A model generated the notes under the pieces. The model saw only the letters and a program-made list of their open reading frames with translations, ran no database searches and was not told the DNA's origin. From Balanoglossus misakiensis (Eukaryota > Animalia > Hemichordata): 64,000 nucleotides of DNA. The stretch covers positions 4,352,997 through 4,416,996 of the forward strand of contig CM082598.2 of assembly GCA_040954595.2 (NCBI GenBank), written 5' to 3'. A program made the translations under genes and the position numbers. Below, in pieces: positions 23,957 to 36,364 of the stretch (positions within the stretch are counted from its first letter, which is position 1; every line of letters starts with the position of its first letter).

Positions 23957-26138
23957 TTACAATGAATGACAGAATGGATCTGAAATGTAAAAAGGAATTA
24001 TGAAAAGGTTACATTCTCAAAGAATGACAAGTACAAAACTGTTGTTTGGAAAAGGGGATTGAAGCTTGCACACTGAACGACAAACGCCACTAATGGAAGC
24101 CCCCGGTCGCCATTTTTGACGCAGAGGTCAACAAATCCATCAATTGTGACACAGTTGACATTTCACGTGGTATAAATATACTGAGACCCCGTTTTTCGTA
24201 TACAAGATAGCCGGGTCGAACGAATCAAGTGCTTGAAATTTCACAAGCGATGGTATTTGGTCTGAATTGACAACATTTCACTTGAATGACTAATGCAAGT
24301 CCTTATCAGCCTCTGAGGCTATGGTTCATGATATCCCCGCCCTTCCCTTTTTGTACAGAACCAAACACGCACAAAAACGACACTGCCGCAATCGCAGTTG
24401 CCTTCCAGTTGGTGTTAGCGTAGCTGTGTGTTGGTGGAAGAGTCATCAGATCAATTTGCATAAGCCATACGCGTGTAAACATCTGTGCCACGTACCTGGG
24501 ATTTCGCAAACGATGCCCTTTGGTCGGTGATCGCAATATTCGTCGTCCCACTGACCAGCAAACTTTCCTCTGAACCTATGGATGAAAAACACAGGAATAT
24601 CAGCCTGGGTCAAACTGAAGTTGGCCACAATCTGTATCTTGGTGTCAACTTAGCCAAGTCACTGCACAACAATGCTAGAGGCAAATGTAGCCAGAATCAC
24701 TCTGGTGTATACACGTTTTATTCAAGTGGCTAGTTTGTACTCACTAACGCTCCTAACGTTCTCAAAATGCCTAACAGAAGGAAACTAAGAATACCAGCAG
24801 GTGTATGCTCCTTGATATGCTGGTTGGTCTTTTCAGAACCATAAACGTTCCAAATGCACAAGAACATTTTGACTTCAGAGACCCCAGAATTTCTTTTGTC
24901 TCCACCGTACCCACACATAGATGATCTTCGAAAATTAAAATGCCACCAAAGTGACAGTATCTATCTAACAAAACACGTTTTTGCTAGAGATAGTAAAGCG
25001 ATAATGGCATGGTTGTTGTGAACGTGGAAATTTCAGATGAATCTCCGCTTACATTCTGGACAACTGATAGGTCAGGAAAGGCCAACAGTTGATGTTGAAT
25101 GCTGCCAAATCTTATCTTAACTATGAGTATACATACACACATGACAAAGACGATGTCATTACGGACTGAAAACCATGACTTACCAGAGCTGAACACAGTC
25201 CTGTCCAGCTTCGTCCTTATTTTCAGTGTTATTAGGTTCGCCTTCTGCCCAGTTGACAAAGTTGCCCTCGCAGACAGCTGTACCATCTGACCAAGTGTAT
25301 TTGCCTTCAGATCCTGCATCGCCCAGCCCGATCCACATGCCGTGTTTAGAGATGCAACCTTTTCTATTCATGGCCTTCTTCAGGGCGAAACTGCGAACCC
25401 GGGAATCTATGCCTTGGTCGCGCAGCACCGCTAGTCGACCTTTTGGACCACCTGGCAACACGGAAAGTGATGCGCAGAGTTCGGCGGCTTTCTGTTGATA
25501 TGGCCGGTCTCTGATGTTCTGTTCGCAGTACAACTCATACTTGGTACATTGGCATCCTTCGATGTTTTCTACTGTGAAGGTACCTATTAAGAAAGCAAAA
25601 GTGATGTTTACTACCTGGTCACACAGAAAGAGCCGAGAGAGACAGATACACAGATTTAACACCTATTGGACAGACAGAGAGAGGGAGGGAGAGAGACAGA
25701 GAGAGACAGAAGTACAGATAGACAGAGAAGAGTTCAGATGCTATCGACCCAAGCAAACTATGAAATAGATCATCTTCGTCGTTGTCCGAGTCTTCACCAC
25801 CATCACCATCATAGTCAAAATCAAAACATTCTCAAAATCACCAAAGTTAGGATACGTTAAACAGAATGCCCTTACCTGCAAATTTTGGTTTCGCTATCGG
25901 TTTCTAAAGACCAAAAGAACATGTGTACAGAAATAAGTAACGTGATCAAACATCGTAACAGATAAGAAAACCACTAAAGGGGTAACGTTTCTTTCCTTTA
26001 GAAACATTTGCATGACTGTCGAGTCCCGTTTTACCATTTAAAAAAGAATCTCGTATGGTTACTTACATCGAGGAACGACTTGCCATAGGTATACGCCACA
26101 CAACAGGCGAAAAGAATAGAAATAAGTCTGAGATCCAT
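23957..26138 (-). CDS. Secreted C-type lectin 3 (EPN/WDD), ~200 aa, recent duplicate of lectin 2; exons 26138-26067, 25903-25876, 25583-25184, 24575-24496, 23979-23957
   Basis: Signal MDLRLISILFACCVAYTYG; WIGLGD, NWAEGEPNN, WDDEYC. Introns, promoter and 3' flank align with lectin 2. Confidence 0.92.
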
Positions 26139-27354
26139 TGTTTCCTGAAAAAAAAATACAAAAAATACTCGTCAGTCGGCCCAAAACTTCGTCTAATACT
26201 GTTTTGCTGCCAGAACACTGCCAATGTCTTCCCTAACATTTAAGCTTACGCCAATGCAGTTGACTGGATGACAACATAAGACGTTGAAATTCAACTGTGG
26301 TGTGGTATGTTTTGATTGCCTTAGATTTGCAATCGGATGATAGTGATCATGCACATATTTTAAAGGTTGTTTGGCGAGAAGACAAAGTTTTACCAGCATT
26401 GTAGTCGTTGTGAAATAGGGATCTGAAATGTGTATGCGGAAATACATGCATTTTACAATAATGTCTGTTTAACTTACCAGTCGAGGTTCTAGTTGCAGAG
26501 GAGAACGTCTTCTTCGCAGGAGGATGTCGTTGTAATTCGGATTGGGAATCTACCCGTTAATAAAGACGAAGGTGGGCCAAGGGGTGTCCACTTCACATGG
26601 CTCTAGTTGTACATTCTCGAGAAGCAAAACGTGTAATTTGGCGGTATTAAACTCATAATGTGAAGCTAAGATGATCACCCCCGGACTAAAATGTCATAAG
26701 TGGAAAAATCATTTTTTCAAAGGAGAGTATTTTATGTACTTGACAGCCACCTGTTGATGTTCGCATATCTTTCAATGGGGATGCAATAGATATAGAGTAG
26801 GCTGTTAATGTTGAAACTCACCAAATTGAATTTGAAAGAAAGTCACCTATTTTAAACAAAACTCCATCGGATCAAGCATTACCATAGCACTGACAAACTA
26901 TTAACATGCAATTAGCAAAGGATGTGGCTTTTTTTCTCCTGTGAGTGTTAACTAAGTTGGAAGCTTCTGTCCGACAGGAAAGTTATCAACATAATATTTA
27001 TGTGCACAATCGACACAGTCACGTGATGTGGCCAATGGAACACAGTCACGTGCACGTCAGTCTAAATCCAAATAAGTAATTAGAAGTTTGTCTTGATGTT
27101 CAACAGGGCGCATCTCACAACGGTTCACTTAATTAAAAGTCATGGGCAACAACAACTTTTCAATACAACTATTTTATTCCAAAGGTCGCGATTGATTTAC
27201 AATTTTTAACATTTATTTAGATGTCAATGAAATGCACTTTCTTCGCCTTTGGTTGCTCATGACAAACAGGAGACCGAGGATATTCCTATTTTGCTGGTGT
27301 GTTGAAAACGAGAAATGGTTCACAGTTTCCATGGCAACTACGTCAGCACGCCAC

Positions 27355-28972
27355 CTAGTTACTAAGTGAGTGGCAAAATGGATCTGGAAATAGAAACAGT
27401 ATAACATTACTAGAGGTACATGAATATTACAAGTATACATATTCCTTTTTTGCAGAGTGTTGATGATTCCTAAGTTAAATAATGTTCTTGTTTTCCTTTA
27501 TGTGTACATGTGTATTGTCAGCATAAATTGTTATTGTACAAATTTTCATTTCAAGTCCGGACTGGAAATCATATGTCAACAATAACAATGGTCATTTCTC
27601 AATCTCTACCTGGTATTTCGCATACGATGCCCTTTGGTCTTTTGTTGCAGTATTCGTCGTCCCATTTCCCATGGGCGTCCTTTCTGAACCTTGGATAAAA
27701 GACAAAAAGAAATGATTTCTTAAAGTTGTATAGTTTTAATATGTCAACCATGTTCTGCATGCGGACAGTCTACCTTAAACACCGCCTAAATATGGCATAT
27801 TTTACATTTTATTTAATTTTACTTACCATATCTGGACACAGTCCTGCCCAGCGGCGTCCTTCTTGACGTTGTTGTCGGGCTGGTCCTCGGCCCAGTTGAA
27901 GTAACCGCCGGCGCAGCAAGCCGTCCCGTCCGCCCAAGTGTACTCGCCCTCCTCGCCGGCGTCGCCGAGGCCGATCCAGAACCCGTACTTGCTGATGCAC
28001 CGGCGCTGGTCCAGCTGGTTGGACACGATGAAATCGCGGACCTTCACGTCGACGACTTGATCACGCAGCACTGCTAACCGACCTGTCGGCCCACCTGGTA
28101 GAATAGAGCGTGATGCGCAGAATTCGGCAGCTTTTTGTTGATAGGGTCTGTTGTCCCGTGCTTGTTCGCAGTAGACTTCGTATACGGTGCATTGGCAATT
28201 CTGGTCTTCGCCTTCACCGCTTTCGTTGACTATTGTGAATTGGCCTAGTTAAAGAAAAACCTCTATTACTTACTAGTAGTTGTTTAATTTGGACAGACAG
28301 ACAGAGTGACAGCTACACAGACAGATGGGGTGGCAAACATACATACACAACCAGCAGCCAGACAGACTGATAGGCAGACAGGCAGGTGGACACTGAGGAA
28401 GATAGACAACCAACCAAGGGGGCAAAGTAGATTGAAGCATTTATCCATTGACAAAGTTGATTTAAACACTTATAACATAAAGCCTCCACTAAACTGTATT
28501 TAATCAGGAACTTGCTTCATCGCCTACACTGGTGAGTGGGGCTCGATAACAAAACACCTCTATTGCAAATGTAAACTGTTCAATAATAGTCAACAGGGTA
28601 ATAACATTACAATAATAGGCAATGCTTCGTCCATTCCTTTACTTTCCATTGTTCAATTGATTATACCCAGGCCAAAATGAGAGATTTTTGGCCACCATTC
28701 CATCACCATTCAGTTTACATGTCAAGTTCACGAATAGCTTACCTGCTGGATCCTACAGGCCGTGGCAGTGAATGAAGCAGAAAAAACAGTAACATTAGCC
28801 GAGGAGATAAGTGATGATTCCATGCATTAGGGAAATTGCCTCAGTTTTCTTTATAGTGCTATAAATATCCAATAGTTATATATTCAAGAATTTTTCTTAG
28901 ACCCAAATGACATACCTGTGCATAAGTATATGCCACACAGGCCAGAGCGAATAAAATAATTGCAAGACCCAT
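27355..28972 (-). CDS. Secreted C-type lectin 4 (QPD/WDD), ~197 aa; exons 28972-28916, 28752-28743, 28244-27827, 27689-27610, 27383-27355
   Basis: Signal MGLAIILFALACVAYTYA; FWIGLGD, NWAEDQPDNN, DCVQIW, WDDEYC. Confidence 0.92.
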
Positions 28973-31185
28973 TTTAATTTTTCCTGCGAAATGAAAAGAA
29001 AGTAAATTAACAGTGGCCTGGCTCAAAACTTTCCGAGACAAAGAGATTGTTACAATAAATCCCCCACTTTTTGTCTTACGCTAATACATTGATCCAATAA
29101 AATTATATTGACGCGGCGAAGCTTTCAAAGGAGATTTTAATTATCAAGCCGAACACATAAAACTGTCTTTTGGACAGGATAGTGCGTGTACCAACTGAAC
29201 TGTGATTGCTCCTATAGTTTTCGCGAAAATAACACTACTAGGAAAGTTTACACTTTTTGTGAAAGTATGTTTTGGCAACTCGAGAGGTGAAAGTCGAGGA
29301 GGAAAGCACCTGAACGCCATAGTTGTAAAATGACAATTAAAACTCACGACAAATATACCTGTTTAAAACTCGACTTACCAGCGAGAGCTTGAAGAGCAAT
29401 CGTCTGCGTCTCCCGGTATAAAACCAATGTATATGGACGCGCGAATTCGCCCTTTAATATAAGCGATAATTGGCAAGGTGTCAATATTTGATTTATATAA
29501 GGGATTTACGAACACCTGGTGATGAACACGTATCAGTACACGAAAATATAGATTAACTCAGCGGGTACTTTTCATCTGCAAAATTAATCTATTTGAAAGA
29601 AAGTTGCCTACTTTGAATGACCAACTTTTAGAATGCGATGAAGTTTGAATTAAATTAACATCCTTACAGACGGGTTGGCATTAGTTATTATAACGGTACT
29701 GGCCAAGGCTAACAGGCGTTCAATATTACACCCCCTGTGAGATCATCATAATGGAAGATCATTGATTGTAATTGGCAATCACGTTGGCCAATCCATCTGT
29801 GGCTAATGTCCTTGTGAACAATGTGAGTGTTGAAATAAACTATGGTGTCTATAATGAGTATTTCTGCAATCACAGTTGGCAGTCTATCTGATGCTGGGGT
29901 TCCTATGAACAAAGTCAATGGTGACATGAGTGAAGGTTTCTATTAATCGAGCACGTTGTGATTCATAATTTCATTCTAGCCCCATGGGTTCCGTGGAATC
30001 ATCCAAGACCACACCTGGCTGGAATTACAGCGATGGCCATCTGTTAATTTAAATTTGACCTTGTACGTGTGGAGATAAAATAAATGTGACGAAAATAAAG
30101 CATGTCATTTGGACAGTCAGAACATGTTAGAGAGAAATCAGCAGACGATAAATAAAAATTCTGAATATCAAGGGAACTAAATGCCTTCTTGCAAATATGC
30201 AATTCACGTTTACTGTTTTATTTCAAAATGAATTTGCAGTGAACAATTTGATAAGGCAGCCATATTATCATGACGTCATCTGTATTTGCACTTCAGATAG
30301 CTAGCTCTAAGTGGAATTCGTATTATTACTATATCTTTTTGTTGAGGAGAAAATATGTGTATTTTTACTACCTGTATCAACGTAATCGTAAGATATGTCC
30401 CTACGGGAGCAAACAGTTTCGGAGACTTCGATCACAAAATCTCCGCCTGCCATTGTAGGTACAAGAACCGGATATGGTTATCTGAGTATTCTATACTCAG
30501 CACATTTTAGGAACAAAAGAAAGTCTGCCACTTAATTATTTGCATATCGCATGGACAATTGTATCCATTTGTCGGCGTAGTAGCAAACTTTCACAAATGT
30601 CAACACACCCAGGCGACACGTCACAGTACATAGACGCCGAGTATGGATTTTTTTTCCAATACCGAAACTCACCCAATTACAATTTTCACACGTTCGCTAA
30701 AAATATCCTATAAACTCCCACAGTTAATCCCTTTATTACAGGCAACAGTGGTGTAACCGCATGTTCGTTCTTTATCAACGCGGGGGCGATTTTGACTTTT
30801 GCAATGCACCCTGGGACTAATCTTTCACCAAATGCAACTCCGGAAATACTTAACCACTCCAGTTAATAGTGCATTAAATACTTACGCTGCATTTTTTTAC
30901 TAAAGTGCGCGGTTCACCCGTTTCCCAGAGAATTTAACAGATGTGGGGCGCGGAAATGGTGACGTCACATTCCGTCACAGCTACGTTGCATTGGTCCACA
31001 GTACGCCAGTGGTCTCTGTAGTGTTTAAAGACCATACACTTTTAGAGGATTCCGGACATTTACATCCATTCACTACACACTGTAATTAGGTCATTATTGG
31101 CTCGCTTTGGCCCGTTTTGGGTCGTTTTAACATTTATCATATGCCATTGCAACTACCCAAAATGCAGCGCACAACTGTTTATTTC

Positions 31186-31432
31186 AAGGGACGCGATCGT
31201 CGCGCCTCGTGGGTGTCCCCCTTGATGAGAATATGTCCTCCCATATACTAGTATACCAGCACAAACCTCACTGCAGTCCCCAAGACCTACTTGGATCTTC
31301 AGTTGCTGGTCATGCCCAGTCTTTGCTACGGTTGGCTGCTTCGTTCATTCTAAGAATGTTCTAATTTCAGGATTTGTGGATGAATTTTAATGTTTATAAA
31401 CAAACAAACGCGGCGCGACGATCGCTTCACTT
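31186..31432. mobile_element. MITE-like dispersed repeat; inverted copy of 53594-53797
   Basis: Shared internal sequence on the opposite strand; terminal inverted gcgatcgtcgcgcc / ggcgcgacgatcgc. Confidence 0.65.
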
Positions 31433-31602
31433 TCAGACACAAGCCATTCCTCATTCACAAGTAAACTACCGTGACACGAAAATTGCCTAGCCTGAAGTTA
31501 GTTTATTATCATGAAAGTGGAGTTAATTCCCAGTGCATGTATTTTGATAGCAATGATCGAAATATATTTAAAGAAAGTGTCCAGTTAATTCCTGGTGTAA
31601 TT

Positions 31603-33418
31603 CTAGTGTTGAGAGTGACAGTAAGGATCTGAAAGATACAAACGAAGAAGCAAAGAAAGGTAAAGATTCTGATTCGTTTCGCGTGGTTTGTATGGGGGTT
31701 TGGAAAGAAGGTTTGAAGATATATGCGAGAATACAAAAAAATGACAACGTTCTGTATGACAAACAGCAACTATGTGCAACCCAGCGTTGCCATCTACCGA
31801 TCGGGTTCAAAGGTCAAATGCGTACCTGGAATTTCGCAGACAATACCCTTCGGGCGGGCATCGCAGTACTCGTCGTCCCAGAGACCATTATTCCCTTTTC
31901 TGAACCTGGGGAAGTGAAAAAAACTCGTAAGATGTGACGTCATGAAATCATTTCTAGCTGGGTTTTTGTTTTCAATATTCTTTTTTTCTCCGCCATGTAT
32001 TATCGCAACACGTTCAGTTTCTTCTAGTCAGCAGGTTTTGATTTTGTTTGTTTGTTTTTGTTGTTTTTGAGGAGTTTGGAAATTTCCCTTTTTTTACTCT
32101 GCAAGCACTCTTGAAATGCTTTTGATATTTTAAAGTGGAGGTTTGCTACACTCGCACACATTGGTAATGATGCGCCCTCAACATGTTGACTAAAAGAGAC
32201 CCGCGCTCCTAAGCCAAGTTTAGTTCTGGTGAATGTTGAGGGCGGACGCTCAATAAGCAGATGTGTTTGCGAAGGTTGCAGGTGGCATTGGGCTGCGAGA
32301 GAGTCTCCTGGTCTTCTTACCATAACTGTGCGCAATCTTGGCCGTTGCCGTCCTTTTTGTCGTTGTTGTCGGGCTCCTCCGGCGCCCAGTTGCGGAAGTC
32401 TTCGGAGCACAGGCTCTGGCCGTCGGACCAGGTGTACTCGCCCTCGACGAACGGATCGCCCAGCCCGAACCAGAAGCCGAACCTATTGATGCAAGGTGCT
32501 GTGTCCCATTGGTTGTCTATGATGTAGTCTCGGACTAGCTGGTCGATGCTTGCGTTGCGCAGGACCGCTAGGCGCCCGGTTGGATGGCCTGGGAGCACGG
32601 AACGGGTCGCGCACAGCTCGGCCGCTTTCTGCTGGTATGGGCGTTCGGAGTTGGCGTCATCACAGAAGAATTCGTACTTGGTACATTGGCAGCCGGGCGT
32701 CACATTTTCGATCGTGAATCTCCCTTAAAACAATAAAAGGTGTTTGGTTAATGAGGAAAGTGACGCACTGGGATTTAGTTTAACAAATGTTGACAAGCGA
32801 AAACAGTGAAATGAAAATCCTGCGAAACATTGATGTTTTACAGTATTTTGTTAAAATGTGCTTGTATTTTACAACAGGGACCCTTATTCGGCCGATGGTG
32901 ATACTTTTGATTGCGTAAATGCAAGGGGCGTTTTCAACATGAGCATTTTTGATAGAGAAAGCCTAAAATGACTGACTTACCTACAGGTTGCGGACCCTGC
33001 GTCGTCACGAAGCCGGATGGAGGAGAGAAAAAGCAGGCTTTTAGTTTTCCATGAAACAAGCAGAATAAGAACATGTAGAGGCGTTTTTGTTCAATGTTTT
33101 GTGTTGAGGAGGATTGCCCTTCGGTGACCTTCAGTATGCAAATTAGTTCAACCCCCCAGGGACTGACTGTTTCCGCTTCGACGGTGTTGATGAAATACAT
33201 TTCTAATGTATAGAAACATACGCACCGTATGGTGTTTCAACGTAATCACCACTATGTAACCGACTGGGGGCTTTAGTTTGAAAATCCCCAACACGAAAAG
33301 AATGATTTCATTATATTACAGAAAATACAGATGACTAAATACTTTCATGACGTGTACTCACTTGCGCAGAACAAATTGCCACGTAGGCGAGCAAAACGAC
33401 AGCAAGTTGGAAACCCAT
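31603..33418 (-). CDS. Secreted C-type lectin 5 (EPD/WDD), ~193 aa; exons 33418-33362, 32996-32981, 32723-32321, 31905-31826, 31628-31603
   Basis: Signal MGFQLAVVLLAYVAICSA; FWFGLGD, NWAPEEPDNN, DCAQLW, WDDEYC. Confidence 0.92.
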
Positions 33419-36057
33419 GTTGGCGGTCTGAAATGGAAACGGAATATTATCTGTAGTAATGTAATTAATCACAAATAGCAATAACAAAACGTGAAGACAT
33501 TACTAGAATATTCCATTAAATTCCACAATTACATAGATGTAATCGAAAACCGTTGAACGTTCGGTGACTTTCAGACGATACGCGTGTTCTCGTCCGAATA
33601 GCAAAAATCACCTGTTTTGATCAAAATCACCTGTTTTGATCACAGACCTGGTCGCCACCTATCGTGGACGTTTAATGAAGTCGTAAATCATAACAATCAA
33701 CTCCATCTGAAATCGACAGAATAGAAGTGTCCTGCTATCGGTAGCGTTTCATCTATTGAGTTTGCCACAGCAACATCCGGGTTCTACAGACCCGCTTGAA
33801 TAAAAGGCAAACATCAACATACTTTTATCAGATATGAATAGAGAGATGACGCAGTCACTTTGACTTTGACCCGCTGTTACTTTTTCGCGTCAGCTGTTTC
33901 AAACGGTATCGCCATACGTCACACTTTAAAGATATCTTAAGTTAGCCATTTTAGATGGGCGATTGTCATGACATGTTTTGAGTTGCAGATAACAATGTCA
34001 AAGTGAAATTACATTAGATTAGCTAAAGGGACATGAAATTTAGCATTAGACGTGTACTTGAAAAATGCAAGATCTTTCGTAAGACCCTGAATTGTTTCCT
34101 TAATAATAAAACATTAATATAAAACGTATGAAGTTTATGAAAAGAAACTTGAGCAGGTTTTTCTGCACACTGGCTGACTTAGAAAGTAGTACATTGTGCA
34201 TCCGCCAATCGGTTCAAGGGCGAACGAGGTACAGAGTTCGGAACTCCAATTCAGGCATTGCTGTATGAAAATTGGTTAAGCCCCGCTGTAGTTTTTTTGT
34301 TAATACCTTGTAAATGAGGTCTTATCCCTGCAAGGCATATTTCCACTTTTTCAAATTGACTTTTCTATGGAATGGTGCCGCGGAAGGAAAACCGTCTGAA
34401 TATTAATACTGGAATGACAAACTGGAAAAAAAATACTCATATTCGTGGCAAAGTATATACACAAAGTGAACTTACCAAGAAGATCTCAATGCACTGTAGT
34501 CGGTTGATCTTGCGAGTTAGCGTTAACGATTATAAAATTCTCATTTACAGACTTTCGCTGACCCGGGGGTGTCACACTTTCTGGTGTATCGTATACCAAA
34601 CACCCTGAAGTAGTGTTTGACTTTTCACAGTTGTCACCCCCTTGTCATTGTTATGACATCGCTTTGTGTTTTGTGACGGCATTCGTCTTGTTAAATGCAG
34701 ATCTGCAATTAATTTTCTACGAGAAATTCTGTAGAAATCTAGCGATGACAAGTATTGTTCAATGATTTGCTGTCGACATTAGTGGCTGTTTATCTCGTAA
34801 ATTTCTCAATGAAATTATGTGTCAAATTCATTTTTGTGCGAAGAAAGCTAACTGGCTTGTTGCAATCAGATCTCAATAAATACATCATAATTATATTTTT
34901 CCTTGTAAGCGACAACCTGGCTAATGGCAAATGCAGTCGCAATGGTCATTATTTTTGACAGATTATATAGTGTGGATACGTAATGCCAATGACAGCCATA
35001 TGTTTCTCACAAAACGGGTGTTCATTTACAAAAACAAGCAAATTTGTTTCGTTTTCAAAGTAGTAAAGTTCAGTGATGGATACCTTGTTTTATCGAGATG
35101 TCATACAGATCATCACAGATGAAAGTGGATCTAGGCAACATGTGTTAACAACGGGATAAAATAGAGGGGAAAAGAGTTAGACGATGAGATAGAGGACTTG
35201 TATGCAGAGTTCCTACTGGAACGAAAACAAAATTATTTTAATTAATGTAAAGAATGTACAGACTTACATCCGTAATACCACTGTAGAACGCGTTTCTAAT
35301 TTCAACTCGATGCTATCATTAGTTTTCTACAAGAATCAATGCTCTAAAGGTGAAATCTGTGTACACAATATTAGTTAATAATAGAAAATTTATTGACCCA
35401 TTAGCATAAGCGCGATACAATTCACCAAACATATCATTCAAGTGTTTTGAACAAAAAAACTTCTATAGCACGTAACATCTGTGATATAAATCCGTGGTCG
35501 TAGAATGGGGTCGTCGTATATCAATTGAAATTAATTCTGAACGTGATTTACTGGTAGTTGTGTAACACTTATTTTGGAACCTCAAATCAACTATGAATCT
35601 TTTGATCATTAATGGTACGATGCATCTCTCATACAGAAAGTGAGTTATTAATAATCTACACAAATGTGGTTTCTATACCAACGCCAGCTATTGTGGTTGC
35701 CTGCTTGGCCAGAGACAAAGAGAAAGATTGCCTTTTCTCTTTGTGATCCAACGCTTGCAGACAAACATAGTCGAAGATAAATTGAGCCCGTCGGTTTCAT
35801 TGGTGAGAGTAGGTTCAGTGAGTGCACTATCAAACACCTTTGACAAATTAGGATGTAAGAGCAGACACTTCGCCGCCACCACCGTATGGTACGCTCTGCA
35901 TATCATTTCTTTGTTACTTGATAAACATCCATATTCCTGAGGGGTTCTTGTATGAATGGGAGAGGCTTTATATAAACACACCATCTGTATTGTTCCAACT
36001 GTTCAGAGAGACTCTGCCAACCAGCAGAGTAATGACACATTGCCAGTCATGATGTAA

Positions 36058-36364
36058 AGTGTAATTACAAAGTAACAACTACATTGTTTGCAAAGATGTA
36101 CATTGTAGCAGTTACACTACAGTGTAATACAAATTAACAGCTAGATTGTTTGCAGTGATGTACTTTGTAGCAGTAAGACTACAATGTAATACAAAGTAAC
36201 CACCACATTGTTTGCAATGATGTACATTGTAGCAGTTACAATACAGTGTAATACAAAGTAACAACCACATTGTTTGCAGTGATGTACATTGTAGCCGTTA
36301 CACTACAGTGTAATACAAAGTAACAACCGCATTGTTTGCAATGATGTACATTGTTGCAGTAACT
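36058..36364 (+). repeat. 62-bp minisatellite array 1 (~5 units)
   Basis: Unit cattgtttgcaatgatgtacattgtagcagttacactacagtgtaatacaaagtaacaacca. Confidence 0.92.

Noticed and set aside
36058-36364. 62-bp, 98-bp and 73-bp arrays as CRISPR-like repeats
   Set aside because: Units are contiguous with no unique spacers, there are no cas genes, and the context is eukaryotic
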